DNA of 63,964 nucleotides, the filler included, from Sanchytrium tribonematis (Eukaryota): assembly GCA_018985235.1 (NCBI GenBank). It is 8 parts of 8 records of this genome, joined end to end, with 100 filler letters (N's around TTAATTAATTAA, not from the genome) between each part and the next. Parts side by side here need not be neighbours in the genome. Positions count along the whole stretch, not along the records: positions 16,183 to 24,160 come from JADGIG010000405.1; positions 24,261 to 32,235 come from JADGIG010000406.1; positions 32,336 to 40,280 come from JADGIG010000407.1; 5 more parts are not named here. One strand, written 5' to 3'. This document shows, piece by piece, positions 21,748 through 32,933 of this stretch (position 1 is the stretch's first letter; each line of letters begins with the position of its first letter). A program made the translations under genes and the position numbers. The notes beneath the pieces are model-generated. The model ran no database searches. It worked only from the letters and a program-made list of their open reading frames with translations, and was not told the DNA's origin.

Positions 21748-23998
21748 CTATGGAGTTGCACCCCAACCGAAATCAGTTTTCGGCACTTTGATTTCCTTTG
21801 CTTCATTCCGTTGATTATCACTAACTTTCGAGTCGTCATATTTTAGTCTAATACCTGCATTATAGTTACTCTTGTTTTCTGAATTGCGTTGAGACATTGG
21901 TGAGGAATTTGTCTCAAAACTGTTTCCGGATGCCTGTCTACTGTGATTAGAATCGACAATTAAAGGGGGTGTAGCTCCCCAGCCAAAAGAAATTTTACCG
22001 CCTTCATTTTGAGAAGCAGAATTAACTTCTGATTTCGAACCGGCATCCAATGAGCCGTTCCTTGGTGGAGTAGCTCCCCATCCTAATTGCAGAGGCATCT
22101 GTTCTGTCCGGTGATTCGAGAAAGATCTATTAGAAGTATTTCGCGATCGAGATTCCTTTGCATAATGCGGTGTTGCTGAACGATCGGAAGATCCGCATCT
22201 TGAGCGATTAAAGTTTCCGGATAAATTGCGATTATCGTTATGTCTTGATTGTTGTCTTCGATGATAATAATTTCTGGGTTCTTCTTTTGCAGAGCGGTCT
22301 TGGAAATCATTATTCAAATTATTTTCTGTGCGAGGCTTTGGAGGCGGAGTGGCGCCCCATCCTAGTTCAACAAAACCATCTTTGTTATGATGATTATGAT
22401 TTTGATCTACATAGCGAGCTTGCGAGTAATTGGAATTTTCGGATTTGGATATGTGGTCAGTCTCAGAGTCATTTCTGGTAGGGGTGGCACCCCAGCCAAG
22501 TGTAGGCTGATTGCCTTTTGCTTCGTTCGTTGACCTCGATTTTTGTTCATATGGTGAATTTAGAGGCGGAGTCGCTCCCCAGTCAAATACAGGTTGTGAG
22601 GGATTCGACGCCCCGTCGATTCGCTGCGATGGCTGTTCGACTGTTGAATTCAAAGGCGGGGTAGCTCCCCATCCAAAAACAGATGGCACATTGTTCAAGT
22701 TTGGTCCGTTTTCGTTGTTTTGACTATGCGGATCGGTATCCTTGATTTTTTGAATCTTGAAATTATTGATCATTTCAATAGGCACCGAGGCTTCTTCGTT
22801 TGTAATTGCTTGCGATCTTCTTTTTCGTTTTTTGTGAGTAATGGTATATTTTTTAGGAATATTTTCTGGTTGAATTTTTTGAATAACAGGCTCAATGGGA
22901 ATGTCATTAATCTCAGGATTCAAACTTGCAATTTGACTTTTAATGAAATTTATACGTGTAACTGAATCACTGACCGTTGCCATTGAAGTATCACCCCAAG
23001 TGTTGTGTGGTATATCCTCGCTAGTTGTATCGGGAGCACGCTTATTTAGATTTGGAGTAACACCCCATCCTTGATGTGTCGATTGTAAAGTTTCGTCTTT
23101 AGATGGTGTTGCACCCCATTGATTGTGCAGATTAATATTTATAGCATCATTTTGTGTTGGTGTGGCACCCCAATTCTGATGAGGGGTCTGAGTAAGAATC
23201 TGCTCACTTTGTTGAGTGTCAACTGCGTCGGGAGTTGCGCCCCAAGATTGATGCGGGTTTGGTGCTGCATGTTCCCGTGTTTGGGTATTGTCCAAGGAAG
23301 GCGTTGCACCCCATCCGAAATCTACCGGTTTTGAACCTGTAGGCTCACTGTTATAAAATGCTGCTTTTTGTTCCTTGTTGTAGTCTTTGGGATCACAATG
23401 GTCCAAGGTGTTACCCCGAGTGTGTCCCGCCTGATTCGAAATTCCTTCATTGGTTGGTTCAACAGAACCCAAGCCATCATGCTCACTGGTCGCACCCCAA
23501 CCATACTGCTCTTGAGTTCCAACTTCTGCTTGCTGGGCAATTGGCGCTTTTATTTCTTTCACAGCATCTTGACCATCGACATGGCGGGAGATACCCAAGT
23601 CAAGTTCTTCTTGGGTGTAATATCTCAATTTAGATTTATATTTCGTCAAAACCACGAAAACGCCCTTATGGACACAATCAACTTCTAAAACTGAAGAGCT
23701 TAGTTTTGAAACTGGAATGATATACAAGTCTTTAATTTGTGGGAATAAATTGAACACCAAAGCGATAGACTATCAAATTATGGTATTCATTTTTTTTCAT
23801 TTCCTTCATGTAAGTAATCACACCGCCATCTCCATCTAACGAGATTGTTCCTTCTGCAAAAATGTGCTTTGCCAAATGATCTTTTAATGGGTAAGGCTGT
23901 GGATTCAAATCTGTGAGTTCGCATGGGTATTCCAAGTCTTCAAAATACAATGTAGCCGAATTATTACTTTTGCTTGCTGGAATCAAAGGGTCCTCCAT
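21748..23998 (-). CDS. putative SPOC-like domain protein with 14 WG(A)TP repeats; junction between ORFs 23732-23998 and 21748-23760 unresolved
   Basis: Repeats are read directly in the translation; the SPOC call rests on G.I...V..Y / IVYRF / KDLYIIPV resemblance only. Confidence 0.55.
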
Positions 23999-24160
23999 TG
24001 TATCGAAAAAAAATTTTAGTTAAAAATGATCACTTTCGCAATATTAGGCAGTCCAACAGTCGATATTAAATTTTAATAATCCATGCCTTAAAATCAAATC
24101 TAGAAGTTGTTCATTCATCTAAGAACGCCAATCAACGCACATTTTCGATGAAAGCTTGAT

Positions 24161-24260
24161 NNNNNNNNNNNNNNNNNNNNNNNNNNNNNNNNNNNNNNNN
24201 NNNNTTAATTAATTAANNNNNNNNNNNNNNNNNNNNNNNNNNNNNNNNNNNNNNNNNNNN
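24161..24260. other. artificial contig linker
   Basis: N44-TTAATTAATTAA-N44. Confidence 0.98.
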
Positions 24261-24425
24261 TGAAGTAAGAAAGCTGATAGTTCGTACTTATCCTAAATCA
24301 TGGGTGGCAAGAATTGCTTGGTAATTACAATAAATTTTTATTATCAAGTCAGTTTAAAGCCTCATTTAATTGGTTGGTTGTAACTTTTTCTATGAATCTT
24401 TAAATCCAAAAATATCAAACAAATT

Positions 24426-25181
24426 ATGAGAAACACAAAATCTGCTGATAACGATTCACTTTCCATACATTATTCCAGATTTTTAACCAATTTTTCAATT
24501 GATAAACAACAGTGGGAAAACATTGGTTCGACAGTCATGAAAACAACCGTACTTGACACAAAAAAGTTTGATTTTCTTGAAGATAGTTCTATGATACTAA
24601 AAATTGTCGTTGGTTGTAAAGAAAAGCATGTGATCCGAAATATTGGTTATTCTGGTGATATACAGAGAGCAGAAGAGTTAGTAGCCACTGTTCATTCGAT
24701 TCCTAATTTACAAGAATACTTGTCGTTCACAACAAATAGGACTACTTATAAACACAAATTAAGTGTATCAAAAGGAAGAAAGAAAAGAAAACTTACAGAT
24801 TTGCTCTTGTACCATGATTTTGTTGTATTTCCAGATGGGGATCCATTTCTTTTAATAGAGTTGACAGGTGATCCTTCAGAGTTATCTAAACACATCGGTA
24901 GCAATTCTAGGATGACTGTTTTTGAAGGCATATTTCGATACCATCCAGATGTCTATGACAAAATGTATAGGCTCAAGATAATTCCGTCTCCATCGAGTAA
25001 AGTCTATGAAAGTGATTGGAATGCGTGGGATTACCTACCAGAACAGACACATTCAAATGAAAAGGAACACCTGTTAACTTTAAGATTTCAGGGTAGGCTT
25101 TTTAGTGGAAAGAGACTAATGAAGGAAAGAGAAGAATACGCAAAAGCACTTGTTGTTCCGGAAGAAGATTTAAATAAATAA
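24426..25181 (+). CDS. divergent CYTH/thiamine-triphosphatase-like protein
   Basis: VLDTKKFDF, LQEYLSFTTNRTTY, DFVVF..GD.F.LIE and IFRYHPDVYDKM resemble the THTPA-like motif order. Confidence 0.4.
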   Translation: MRNTKSADNDSLSIHYSRFLTNFSIDKQQWENIGSTVMKTTVLDTKKFDFLEDSSMILKIVVGCKEKHVIRNIGYSGDIQRAEELVATVHSIPNLQEYLSFTTNRTTYKHKLSVSKGRKKRKLTDLLLYHDFVVFPDGDPFLLIELTGDPSELSKHIGSNSRMTVFEGIFRYHPDVYDKMYRLKIIPSPSSKVYESDWNAWDYLPEQTHSNEKEHLLTLRFQGRLFSGKRLMKEREEYAKALVVPEEDLNK

Positions 25182-25395
25182 CTATTTATTCAAGCGAGTC
25201 AATATATTTTTGAAAACTTGTTTCTGAAAATTAATTTTGCCTTTGATGGATTCGTATTAACATATAACAATTATTGATATATTTGTTTTAACTTGATTAT
25301 ATCTGTGACTTTTTTAAATTATACGACAATGACAGTGGGGGGGGGTTAGAATAGAGGATCAATTGTTTCAAATAAATGGTTTCATACTTTTCTGA

Positions 25396-27591
25396 ATGAA
25401 ATATATTACTCTAGCTCATTGCAAATTAATATCTAACTGTGACTTTGGGAGTTGCAAGTCTTATAAAGTAAAATTTGTAATGATTCTCCCTGAAATGACT
25501 TGGTTAGTCTCAGTTGCCGAACCAAAACCCAGCTTATTTCCAATTAATTCCTCAAAATTGAATTATAACGAAATAGACTTGGGTAAATTTAATGAAATTG
25601 TAGTCAGGAGAATAAAGTCAGCACGCAAAGTTACAATTTGTTGCGACAGTCCAATTTTTTTCACCCACAAATTAATTAAAAGTATAGCAGATGCGAATGA
25701 ATGCAGCACGCTGTTAATATTTCAAGATTACTCCAAATCTTATCTCTGGTCCACCCATCCTAATGATATAAAAGCATGGCAAAGTTTTGCATGTTTATTT
25801 TATAAACTATCTGAATTTGAGCATGTGGAAATAAAACTTGTGGATAAGCATCTACATAGAAATTTAGTTATAATAGATAATTGTCATTTTATAATTCCTA
25901 AAATTTGGGGAGTCGATTATGAAAAATACACTGCATTTCATTACGAGGAGCCATTTAGTGTAAGCGAATTTTGCAGGATTGAGCTTGCTATAAAAGAGCT
26001 ACAATCACTAGAGAATACAGCATATCCTGCCTTTTGTGATTTGAAGGTTTCTAATTATGAGGAATCGACATTTTTACCTTACTCTCAGCAATACGAGTTG
26101 GAAATTCTTGACAAAATTACTGATATAAACGAAATAAGACACATACAAGGAGTATCCTTGAAAGATTTCGAGCCAAGACTCATCAAATATATGCAAGAGT
26201 CTACAGAAATTTTGCTGTTGTCTGTTACTGGTTCTAAGTTTTGTGAGTTGATTCACAGCATCAAGACAATAGGGAAGAATGTTAAAATAGTATTAGCCAA
26301 TTTGAATAACAGCTTGGTACAATACCATCAGTCTGTCGATGATGGTATACGTCATCAAATTAAATGGACTGCAAAACTTAAAGAAAGAGCATTTATTCAA
26401 CTAACAAATGAATGCATCCATCAATCCCTTTTGATATTGTCAAGCTATAAATTCCAAATGACAATCACCAACAAGTATTTTTACAATCAACCAGCCTCAG
26501 TTTCCGATTACAGTATTATTTATTCAGAAGTTGGCAAATCAATATCAAATATGCATTCTTACGAAAGAAGTAGAAAAGAATTTGAAATGTATTGGAAAAA
26601 CAGTCTGCCCTTAGAATATGTAATTGAAGAGAAGTCGATGATGAGACCTTGTTCAAAATGGCAAGGACTGGATGGTCTACAAGAAATTGCATCAGATGCT
26701 ATCATTGTCCCTTTGATGAGATATGATGGTGAAAAGGGTGATTATGGCAAATTTATTAAAATTTTTGCACCATTTAGAACTTTGCTAAAATTACCAGATT
26801 ATTATGAAGGCGTTATGGTTTCTAAGGCTTTGAATATTCTACAATTATGTTCCACCGATAGATATCGAGGAAAGCGTAATATTATTCGACCAGGCTGCTC
26901 TATTGGAATTGAAAATAATCCAAGTACTTCAACATTAAGTCTATTTTTTGTATCCCATGGCAAAAGATACGGTCTTCTCAGCGGCCATTTATTTTCAAAA
27001 ATTGGCTTTGTGCAAGGTGCCAAAATTATGCACCCTGGTGGAATAAGCAATTCAAAAAGCGAAATGCCCGATCTTGGCCCACTTCATCTCGTTGAGTCAA
27101 ATACAATTGTGGAAGATCAAGTGGAAATTGGTAATTTAACTGAGCTGATCCAGAAAAATCTTCCAGATATATTTGATTTTGGTATATTTCAAATCAATAG
27201 TTCTATTAAAATTTCCAACAAAATTGATGAAGAAGGTTCACCCTTGAGTGAATATCTGGGGGATCCACCAGAAGAAGGAAATGTGAAATTTTTTGGCACA
27301 GCATCATTTGAGAAAACGATGCTATTGACAAGCTCTTTAATGGCAAAATTTAAGAGTCATAAATCTAATGCTTTTATAACAGTTTTAAACACAAAGGGTA
27401 GATGCAATAGTGATTTTTATTTCGGAGATTCGGGAGCTCCAGTTGTGGTCAACAAAACAGAATGCATGGGTTTTGTTCTTGGTAGCTATCCGCATGATTC
27501 CGACTTATTCTATCTCGTCAATATAAAATATTCCCAATTCAAAAAGTGGATGACGGACATTAATATGCCATTTTCATTATACCAGAAATAA
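25396..27591 (+). CDS. tandem PLD-like/DUF5919-like domains fused to a C-terminal trypsin-like serine protease
   Basis: RPGCSIG...LLSGHLF (His), DFGIFQI (Asp), GDSGAPV (Ser); the N-terminal domain call is inferential. Confidence 0.6.
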   Translation: MKYITLAHCKLISNCDFGSCKSYKVKFVMILPEMTWLVSVAEPKPSLFPINSSKLNYNEIDLGKFNEIVVRRIKSARKVTICCDSPIFFTHKLIKSIADANECSTLLIFQDYSKSYLWSTHPNDIKAWQSFACLFYKLSEFEHVEIKLVDKHLHRNLVIIDNCHFIIPKIWGVDYEKYTAFHYEEPFSVSEFCRIELAIKELQSLENTAYPAFCDLKVSNYEESTFLPYSQQYELEILDKITDINEIRHIQGVSLKDFEPRLIKYMQESTEILLLSVTGSKFCELIHSIKTIGKNVKIVLANLNNSLVQYHQSVDDGIRHQIKWTAKLKERAFIQLTNECIHQSLLILSSYKFQMTITNKYFYNQPASVSDYSIIYSEVGKSISNMHSYERSRKEFEMYWKNSLPLEYVIEEKSMMRPCSKWQGLDGLQEIASDAIIVPLMRYDGEKGDYGKFIKIFAPFRTLLKLPDYYEGVMVSKALNILQLCSTDRYRGKRNIIRPGCSIGIENNPSTSTLSLFFVSHGKRYGLLSGHLFSKIGFVQGAKIMHPGGISNSKSEMPDLGPLHLVESNTIVEDQVEIGNLTELIQKNLPDIFDFGIFQINSSIKISNKIDEEGSPLSEYLGDPPEEGNVKFFGTASFEKTMLLTSSLMAKFKSHKSNAFITVLNTKGRCNSDFYFGDSGAPVVVNKTECMGFVLGSYPHDSDLFYLVNIKYSQFKKWMTDINMPFSLYQK

Positions 27592-27723
27592 ACTTAAATT
27601 TGAAAAATTAATTTATTCCCACTTTTAATTTTTCAAAAAATTAAAGTACAAGAACTTATGATTTTAATAACTTTTGAGTTACAAAATTAGGTCCACCAAT
27701 TAAAAATCAATAATTAAATTTAC

Positions 27724-28815
27724 TTAATATACTATATTTGAAATTATGGAATAATATTCAACATGTGATTGAAATACAATGTCAATATAATCTTCCAAAC
27801 TATTATCATTATAAAATCTAACCCAAAGGCTAGATTTGTCCTTGGAATCAAGGTTGCCTGAATTCAACCAAACATACTTTTTCACTAAGCCTTCTTTAAG
27901 GTAGATATTTTTTAGGATATCTACATCGTAATCAATAAAGTTACTGCTGAAATCAACATAAGTCTTAACCTTTTCAATTACACCGACAAAACAATCATAA
28001 AACTCAGTTCTATATTCAAAAAGAATTCTGTTTCCACTAACATTTAATACCTCGACTTTTAGGTCTTTGAGGAATTTTAAATCTTCCTTTACAAGAGAAT
28101 TATTAGCAAGATCAAGATAATAGATATTATCAAGGTTGGCAAAATTTATGGACCATTGCATTATGAAATCAATTGGGATTTCATTTCTCTTCCCTCGGTT
28201 TTTCAAACTTGACTTGCATTTTCCATTTCTCAACGAAATAGACTTTATCCCTTTATCAACAAAAATCGTCGAATTAAACAACGTATAAAAAAAGTTTCTC
28301 GAGAGCAACTTGATATTATCTTTGAAAGGCAAATCCTCTATAATTATATCAAGGGCGGTGTTTTCCAAGAACTCAGCATCAAAAATTGACAAGAATGGTT
28401 GCAGTATTTTATAAGGTTCGTTATGCAACATGGAAGTCATTGCGTGATCCATTGATTCAAAAACGTTATCATACTTGCCAAACAATTGTCTCTTCTTTTC
28501 GTCATACAAATACTTGTGAATTGTTAAATCATTAATAGCACCCGTCTCTTTCAGTGATACATGCTCCAGCTGAGTCTCTATTTCTAGCAATTCACTATCA
28601 TTACCAACTCGTTCTATCAATTTAATACATTTTTCAATTAGATCACTTTCATTCATATTTAATTTTTGTAATAATATCTTAAAGCTGTGTCTGTAGCTAC
28701 TATTTTCATAATCATTTTGTAAATCTTTGAATGTTTTAATGAAATGGGCCTGAGAAGAGATCAAAATAATTTTTTCAAGCGTCAGAAATTTAAGGTTGTT
28801 CCATGTTATAAACAA
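27724..28815 (-). CDS. LRR-containing hypothetical protein
   Basis: YLDLANNSL, VLNVSGNRI, VDFSSNFI repeats; TTG start, so true start uncertain. Confidence 0.6.
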   Translation of the reverse strand: MFITWNNLKFLTLEKIILISSQAHFIKTFKDLQNDYENSSYRHSFKILLQKLNMNESDLIEKCIKLIERVGNDSELLEIETQLEHVSLKETGAINDLTIHKYLYDEKKRQLFGKYDNVFESMDHAMTSMLHNEPYKILQPFLSIFDAEFLENTALDIIIEDLPFKDNIKLLSRNFFYTLFNSTIFVDKGIKSISLRNGKCKSSLKNRGKRNEIPIDFIMQWSINFANLDNIYYLDLANNSLVKEDLKFLKDLKVEVLNVSGNRILFEYRTEFYDCFVGVIEKVKTYVDFSSNFIDYDVDILKNIYLKEGLVKKYVWLNSGNLDSKDKSSLWVRFYNDNSLEDYIDIVFQSHVEYYSIISNIVY

Positions 28816-29657
28816 AGTGCGACATTAATAACCTAGATTTCAACAAAAGAATCGACTGGAAAAGTTGGTATTGGGAGGATATGTGCTATTAAGTGAAGAA
28901 AAACATACAAGTCAGCGACACCATAGTTATAAGGTAATACCATATTACCTGGGGAAATAGTCTCGTACCATATTCCCAGATCATTTAATCCTCTTTGAAT
29001 TCCTTTAATTTAAACAAGACAACTTTAATATCTTTGCTTCTTTGCCAGTAAATGAGTTGATATATTTGCAAATAAATTTATAAGAATCTTTGGCATGACA
29101 ACATTTAATCAATTCAAAACTGCTTCACCATCTTATTTCCGAATAGGAAGGTGATTAAGCAGTTTCCAGTCCAAATTGATTTCTATATTGTTGATATTCT
29201 GTCTGAGTCAATTCTTTCATGACGCATTAATTGCAGCGAGCATGTCCTTGAAATACGTACAGCAATGCTCCACTGCACCTGTTAATTTGTTCTCAAAGGA
29301 TTTGCCATTTACAAGCAACTTTACATAATTGTTGAGTAAATGACATCCATAAGAAGTCATCATAAAGTTTTGATTTTCTGATTTGCTGTTAATGAGCTTA
29401 CAGCTTTTGACCATAACCCGATGCGGTACAAAACTCACAACCATGTTAATTTAGACTCTTTGTTTTAGATTGTCATGGTAATTGTCACGAAGTGGCATTC
29501 GTAAAATCCGCCTATTTGATATTGAATAGCGTCTCATGATTTACATGCTCAAATTAATTCATTTGCATTATTTTAGATTTATATTTTGCATTTCCACCAT
29601 CGTATATGAATAGCGTGATACACATTGAAACTAGAATTGATTGAAAGAGAAATAAAT

Positions 29658-31412
29658 TTAATTTTTAAAAGCATTCATTTTTCTTCCAATTACACACACA
29701 CCTAAGAGTCCCATATGTAGCTCTTTTAAATCTTTATCACTGAATTTAATTTTAGCATCTGGCACTAATTGAATACCATCCCATGATTGTGCTTGTCCTA
29801 CTCTAGCCGATTTGGTACTTTTTATTGTCTTTGATCTGTACGAAGCAAACTGGTCTTGATTTTCTGAAGAAATATTTTCACTGTTCATATGTCGATTAAG
29901 AGCGACAAGTTTTTTCAGTTGCGTATCATCCCGGATCTCTATATCTACAATAGATTTTTTGATTGCAAAACAAACAACCCCAACATATACATATTCGTTC
30001 TGATATTTTTTATCAGCCAATCGTCCGTCTTTCGAAAGTGCATAATTTATACAAGTCTCCATATTAATGCCGCAATAAAAACCATGACCCAAATCTGTAG
30101 CACCCTTGTTTTTAAATGGACTAATTTTCTTAATAATAGAGTCTACAGATTCTAAGTTGGTTGCATGATAAACAAATTCATAATCATCCATATTTTTCCA
30201 AGAAATCGCATCTAAACGCTTTTTTAGTTGAGATTCATTATTTGGCTTGCTATACTTCCAAATGAGTGTATTTTCATATTCTTTAAATAAATCATTTTTA
30301 ACATACCATTCAATTATGGCCGTACTAGTCTACTTAAGAAATTGTGGATTAGAAACAAAGACATCAAGATAATATTCCTCACTGGCTCCAGGAGCAGCTT
30401 GTTTTAAATATGATTCCCAATTTTGAAAGGATTTGGTGTTAAAAAAAGTACTTTTATCTTTAATTTCAACCAGAATAGACAGTATACCCCAGTGTTCTAT
30501 CATTAACGGATCCATGTCAGAAATATCTTGAATAAATTGCTCATTAAATAGCCCAAACTGTGATAAGAATACCCTGTTTTGAATTTGTTGCTTCTTTTCT
30601 TTATAATACATAAATGTTTTTAAATATATATTACCATGAAATATACATTCATTTCGTTCTTTGTCAGATTCTAATGCTGATTTTAAAATCATCTGCTCGC
30701 ACAAAGGACACCAAATTAAATCTTTAATATCTTGTTGATTAGATTCTTGTGCAAAAACATCAAAGTGATCTACAGTACAGAAAGATTTCAAATCAAAACA
30801 AGACAAGTCTAAGATATCTGCACCTGTTTTCTTCAAAATTACCTGACAGACAAAAAAGCAATGTCGACAGAAATGTGGTAATTTCTCATACTTTGTTTTT
30901 TGTTTTACTCGACGAAAAACGCCGTAAACTGAACAGCTACAAACCAATTCATTGTTCTTAATCTGGACAATTACATCTTGAAATTCCGTAATACCTTTCT
31001 CCATTTTCATTTCAGAAAGATAAATAGATTCTTTTAAAATGTCTACAACTTCAATAACTATCAAACCCGCAATAGAATTGATAATTTCTTGAACAGTTAC
31101 ATTTGGCAACTTCTTAAGGAAGCTATTTGGGAAATTAGTTTCGATTAGAGCAACACTATGAGTAACTGCTTTGAAAGCGTATTTATACTCCAAAATTCCT
31201 CTCAATCGCACATCTTCACTAATCCACAATGTTAAAGGTACATCATAATCTTTCTTTTTATAATTAGGAATGCTTATCCCTCTATTTGATTTCCAGAATT
31301 TGGACCTGGATATTAATTTAAAAGGGTCAACTTTTTTATCTTCTACTTCTGGTTCGGGTTTAATTTTTAAAAAATTGACCATAATTGTGAAACAAGGACG
31401 CGCGGCAGACAT
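29658..31412 (-). pseudogene. SWIM zinc finger plus DUF3990/ADP-ribosyltransferase-like fusion interrupted by one in-frame TAG (30330-30332)
   Basis: CSC...CRHCFFV (SWIM) and YHATN...DLGHGFYC...A; both ORFs share a frame and the 46 codons between them are open. Confidence 0.55.
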
Positions 31413-31694
31413 TTCATCCGTAAAAAATAAACAGCATTTTTCTATTTCCTTAGATTGCCCATTGCATTAACTAGCTTAAGCGAGAATATAGTATGGTTGT
31501 CCTTTTCGATAAGTAACAAAATCCCACTGCAACTTTGGATATTTTTCATTCCAAAAGATGATTCGATCAACTAAACAGTGAAAGATTAATGATGAATAAC
31601 TAATTTATTTATCAGTTCTTCATTAATTGGAAAAGAGTCAAAATTTGAAAGAATCAATAACTCTAATTGAGTTGAAAGTAGATACATGATATCT

Positions 31695-32235
31695 TTATAA
31701 ACTATTTTTAATCGCCGACTCGATATCTTCATAACCTATATGAATCACATCCGATATTTTCTCACCCAAAAGCCATGTATTTTTTGCCAACATAAAACTA
31801 TTTTTAGTTACAAGTTGTGTCGTAATGAAATTAAACTTACCCAACTTGTATCCTGGAAAATTAGATTTGATATTTTGCCAATTCCGAGCAGCCTTGACTA
31901 AAACAAGCTTCATGTTTCCTGCTTTTTTACCCTTTATTGCTAGAATGTCATTATTCCCAATCTTGTTCTCTTTAGGAATATTTCCATGTAACCCATCTGT
32001 CCATTTGTGGTTCTTATCTCCACATTTCACCTGAATAATATCAATTATATCTTGATTCACGATAAACCCATCCAAATCATTGTCATTGACACTCGTGATT
32101 TGATAAACACCATCCAATAGTGGCTGGGTTTTAATAACTTCGCGAAAAACACCTAAACTTAATACTTCAGAGTGCTTTCTCAAAATGACAGAGTCCATGT
32201 AGTGCCCCATTAACGTAAATTTCTCTTCTGCCAAC
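31695..32235 (-). CDS. PD-(D/E)xK restriction-endonuclease-like domain, 5' partial (Crinkler-type C-terminal domain possible)
   Basis: E...DLDGFIV.....IIQVKCG followed later by FITT. Confidence 0.5.
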
Positions 32236-32335
32236 NNNNNNNNNNNNNNNNNNNNNNNNNNNNNNNNNNNNNNNNNNNNTTAATTAATTAANNNNNNNNN
32301 NNNNNNNNNNNNNNNNNNNNNNNNNNNNNNNNNNN
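32236..32335. other. artificial contig linker
   Basis: N44-TTAATTAATTAA-N44. Confidence 0.98.
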
Positions 32336-32933
32336 AACATTTGTTTTATGATTTCATTCATTTGTTGCTAGGAGATGTCACTAAATTGCAAAAACGACAT
32401 TTAGAAAATAGAATTTCATCAAAATTGATTCATAAATTTGGAAAAGTAGCATTGATTTTAATATTAGCGGGTGGTGAATCTGGTTTAATGTATTATATTC
32501 GAAAAAGTTTTAAAGAAACCACAAAGAGATCAATTCAAATGAATCAAATTCACAATCAGAAATATGATTTACAAGATGAACAAAAGATGAACAAAAAAAA
32601 CATTGTTTATTTTTTGAGACATGTCTTGAAAAGGATTGTGTGGTGGACAATTCATGTGTAGACACAGCAACAGGAGTTTGTTCGACTCTACCTATAATGA
32701 AACAAGCTATTTGTTATGACCATTTAAATGATTGCTCAGTGATACCCTATTTAGATTGGAATTCAGATCAATGTGTTGCTTTTCAAAAGAACCATATTCA
32801 GAAATTGGATACAATGTATCATGAATTAAAGGTAAAGAATCAAAAACAATCCCAACAGGCTATTCCAGCTATTATTGCATCAATCATCACTGGATTTGTT
32901 TTAATTTGTGCTATTTGCAGTGCAATTCAATAA
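32336..32933 (+). pseudogene. Cys-rich membrane-anchored protein, 5' partial, frameshifted by an 11-bp tandem duplication
   Basis: AAGATGAACAA occurs twice at 32573-32594; removing one copy joins ORFs 32341-32661 and 32640-32933; C-terminal hydrophobic helix. Confidence 0.5.

Noticed and set aside
21748..23500. Dispersed GC-rich repeats (GCACCCCA/GCTCCCCA) as a CRISPR-like array
   Set aside because: They are the codons of the WGATP peptide, vary synonymously and are irregularly spaced
25337..25345. G9 run upstream of the protease gene
   Set aside because: Single homopolymer with no supporting structure
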